Shown piece after piece: positions 63,902 to 64,000 of a stretch of 64,000 bases of DNA. This stretch comes from Terriglobia bacterium (GTDB lineage: Bacteria; Acidobacteriota; Terriglobia; JAJPHL01; JAPKYU01), in NCBI GenBank assembly GCA_965206645.1, contig CBDBKE010000004.1:864001-928000 (forward strand). Direction: 5' to 3'. The notes under the pieces are model-generated. The model was not told the origin of the DNA, ran no database searches, and saw nothing but the letters and a program-made list of their open reading frames with translations. Every line of letters starts with the position of its first letter. The first letter of the stretch is position 1. A program made the translations under genes and the position numbers.

Positions 63902-64000
63902 CGTCCCGGAAGCGAAGAAAATCAAACAGGGGCTCATCGTCCCCAGATTGCGCAGAGCCAAACCTCCGGACCAGCAAAATCGGCGAGGCCTGTGGACAGA

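Overview
High-GC bacterial chromosomal window. Gene content and order suggest Acidobacteriota (Terriglobia-like), which is an inference. Most of it is housekeeping: nuoF-G-H-J-K-L-M-N (no nuoI), nrdR, aroA, rnpB, ligA, yitJ-xseB-ispA-tlyA-nadK, korAB, dnaX-ybaB-recR, ffs, etfBA/ETF-QO, yceD-rpmF-fabD-fabG-acpP-fabF and metE. Three accessory loci stand out. (1) An M4 (thermolysin-like) peptidase gene whose segments are permuted, with a 222-bp propeptide block sitting in frame inside the catalytic domain. (2) A 1.83-kb transposase-less element next to ffs, bounded by 34-bp inverted repeats (31/34 identical) and carrying an alpha/beta-hydrolase. (3) A broken SIR2-TPR candidate defence gene bracketed by an exact 100-bp direct repeat copied from the 3' end of the ETF-QO gene. 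Intergenic regions also contain many short tandem duplications and periodic (7-mer, 8-11-mer) palindromic repeats. No CRISPR array, tRNA, rRNA, integrase or transposase was seen. All family assignments come from motif recognition by eye, not database searches.
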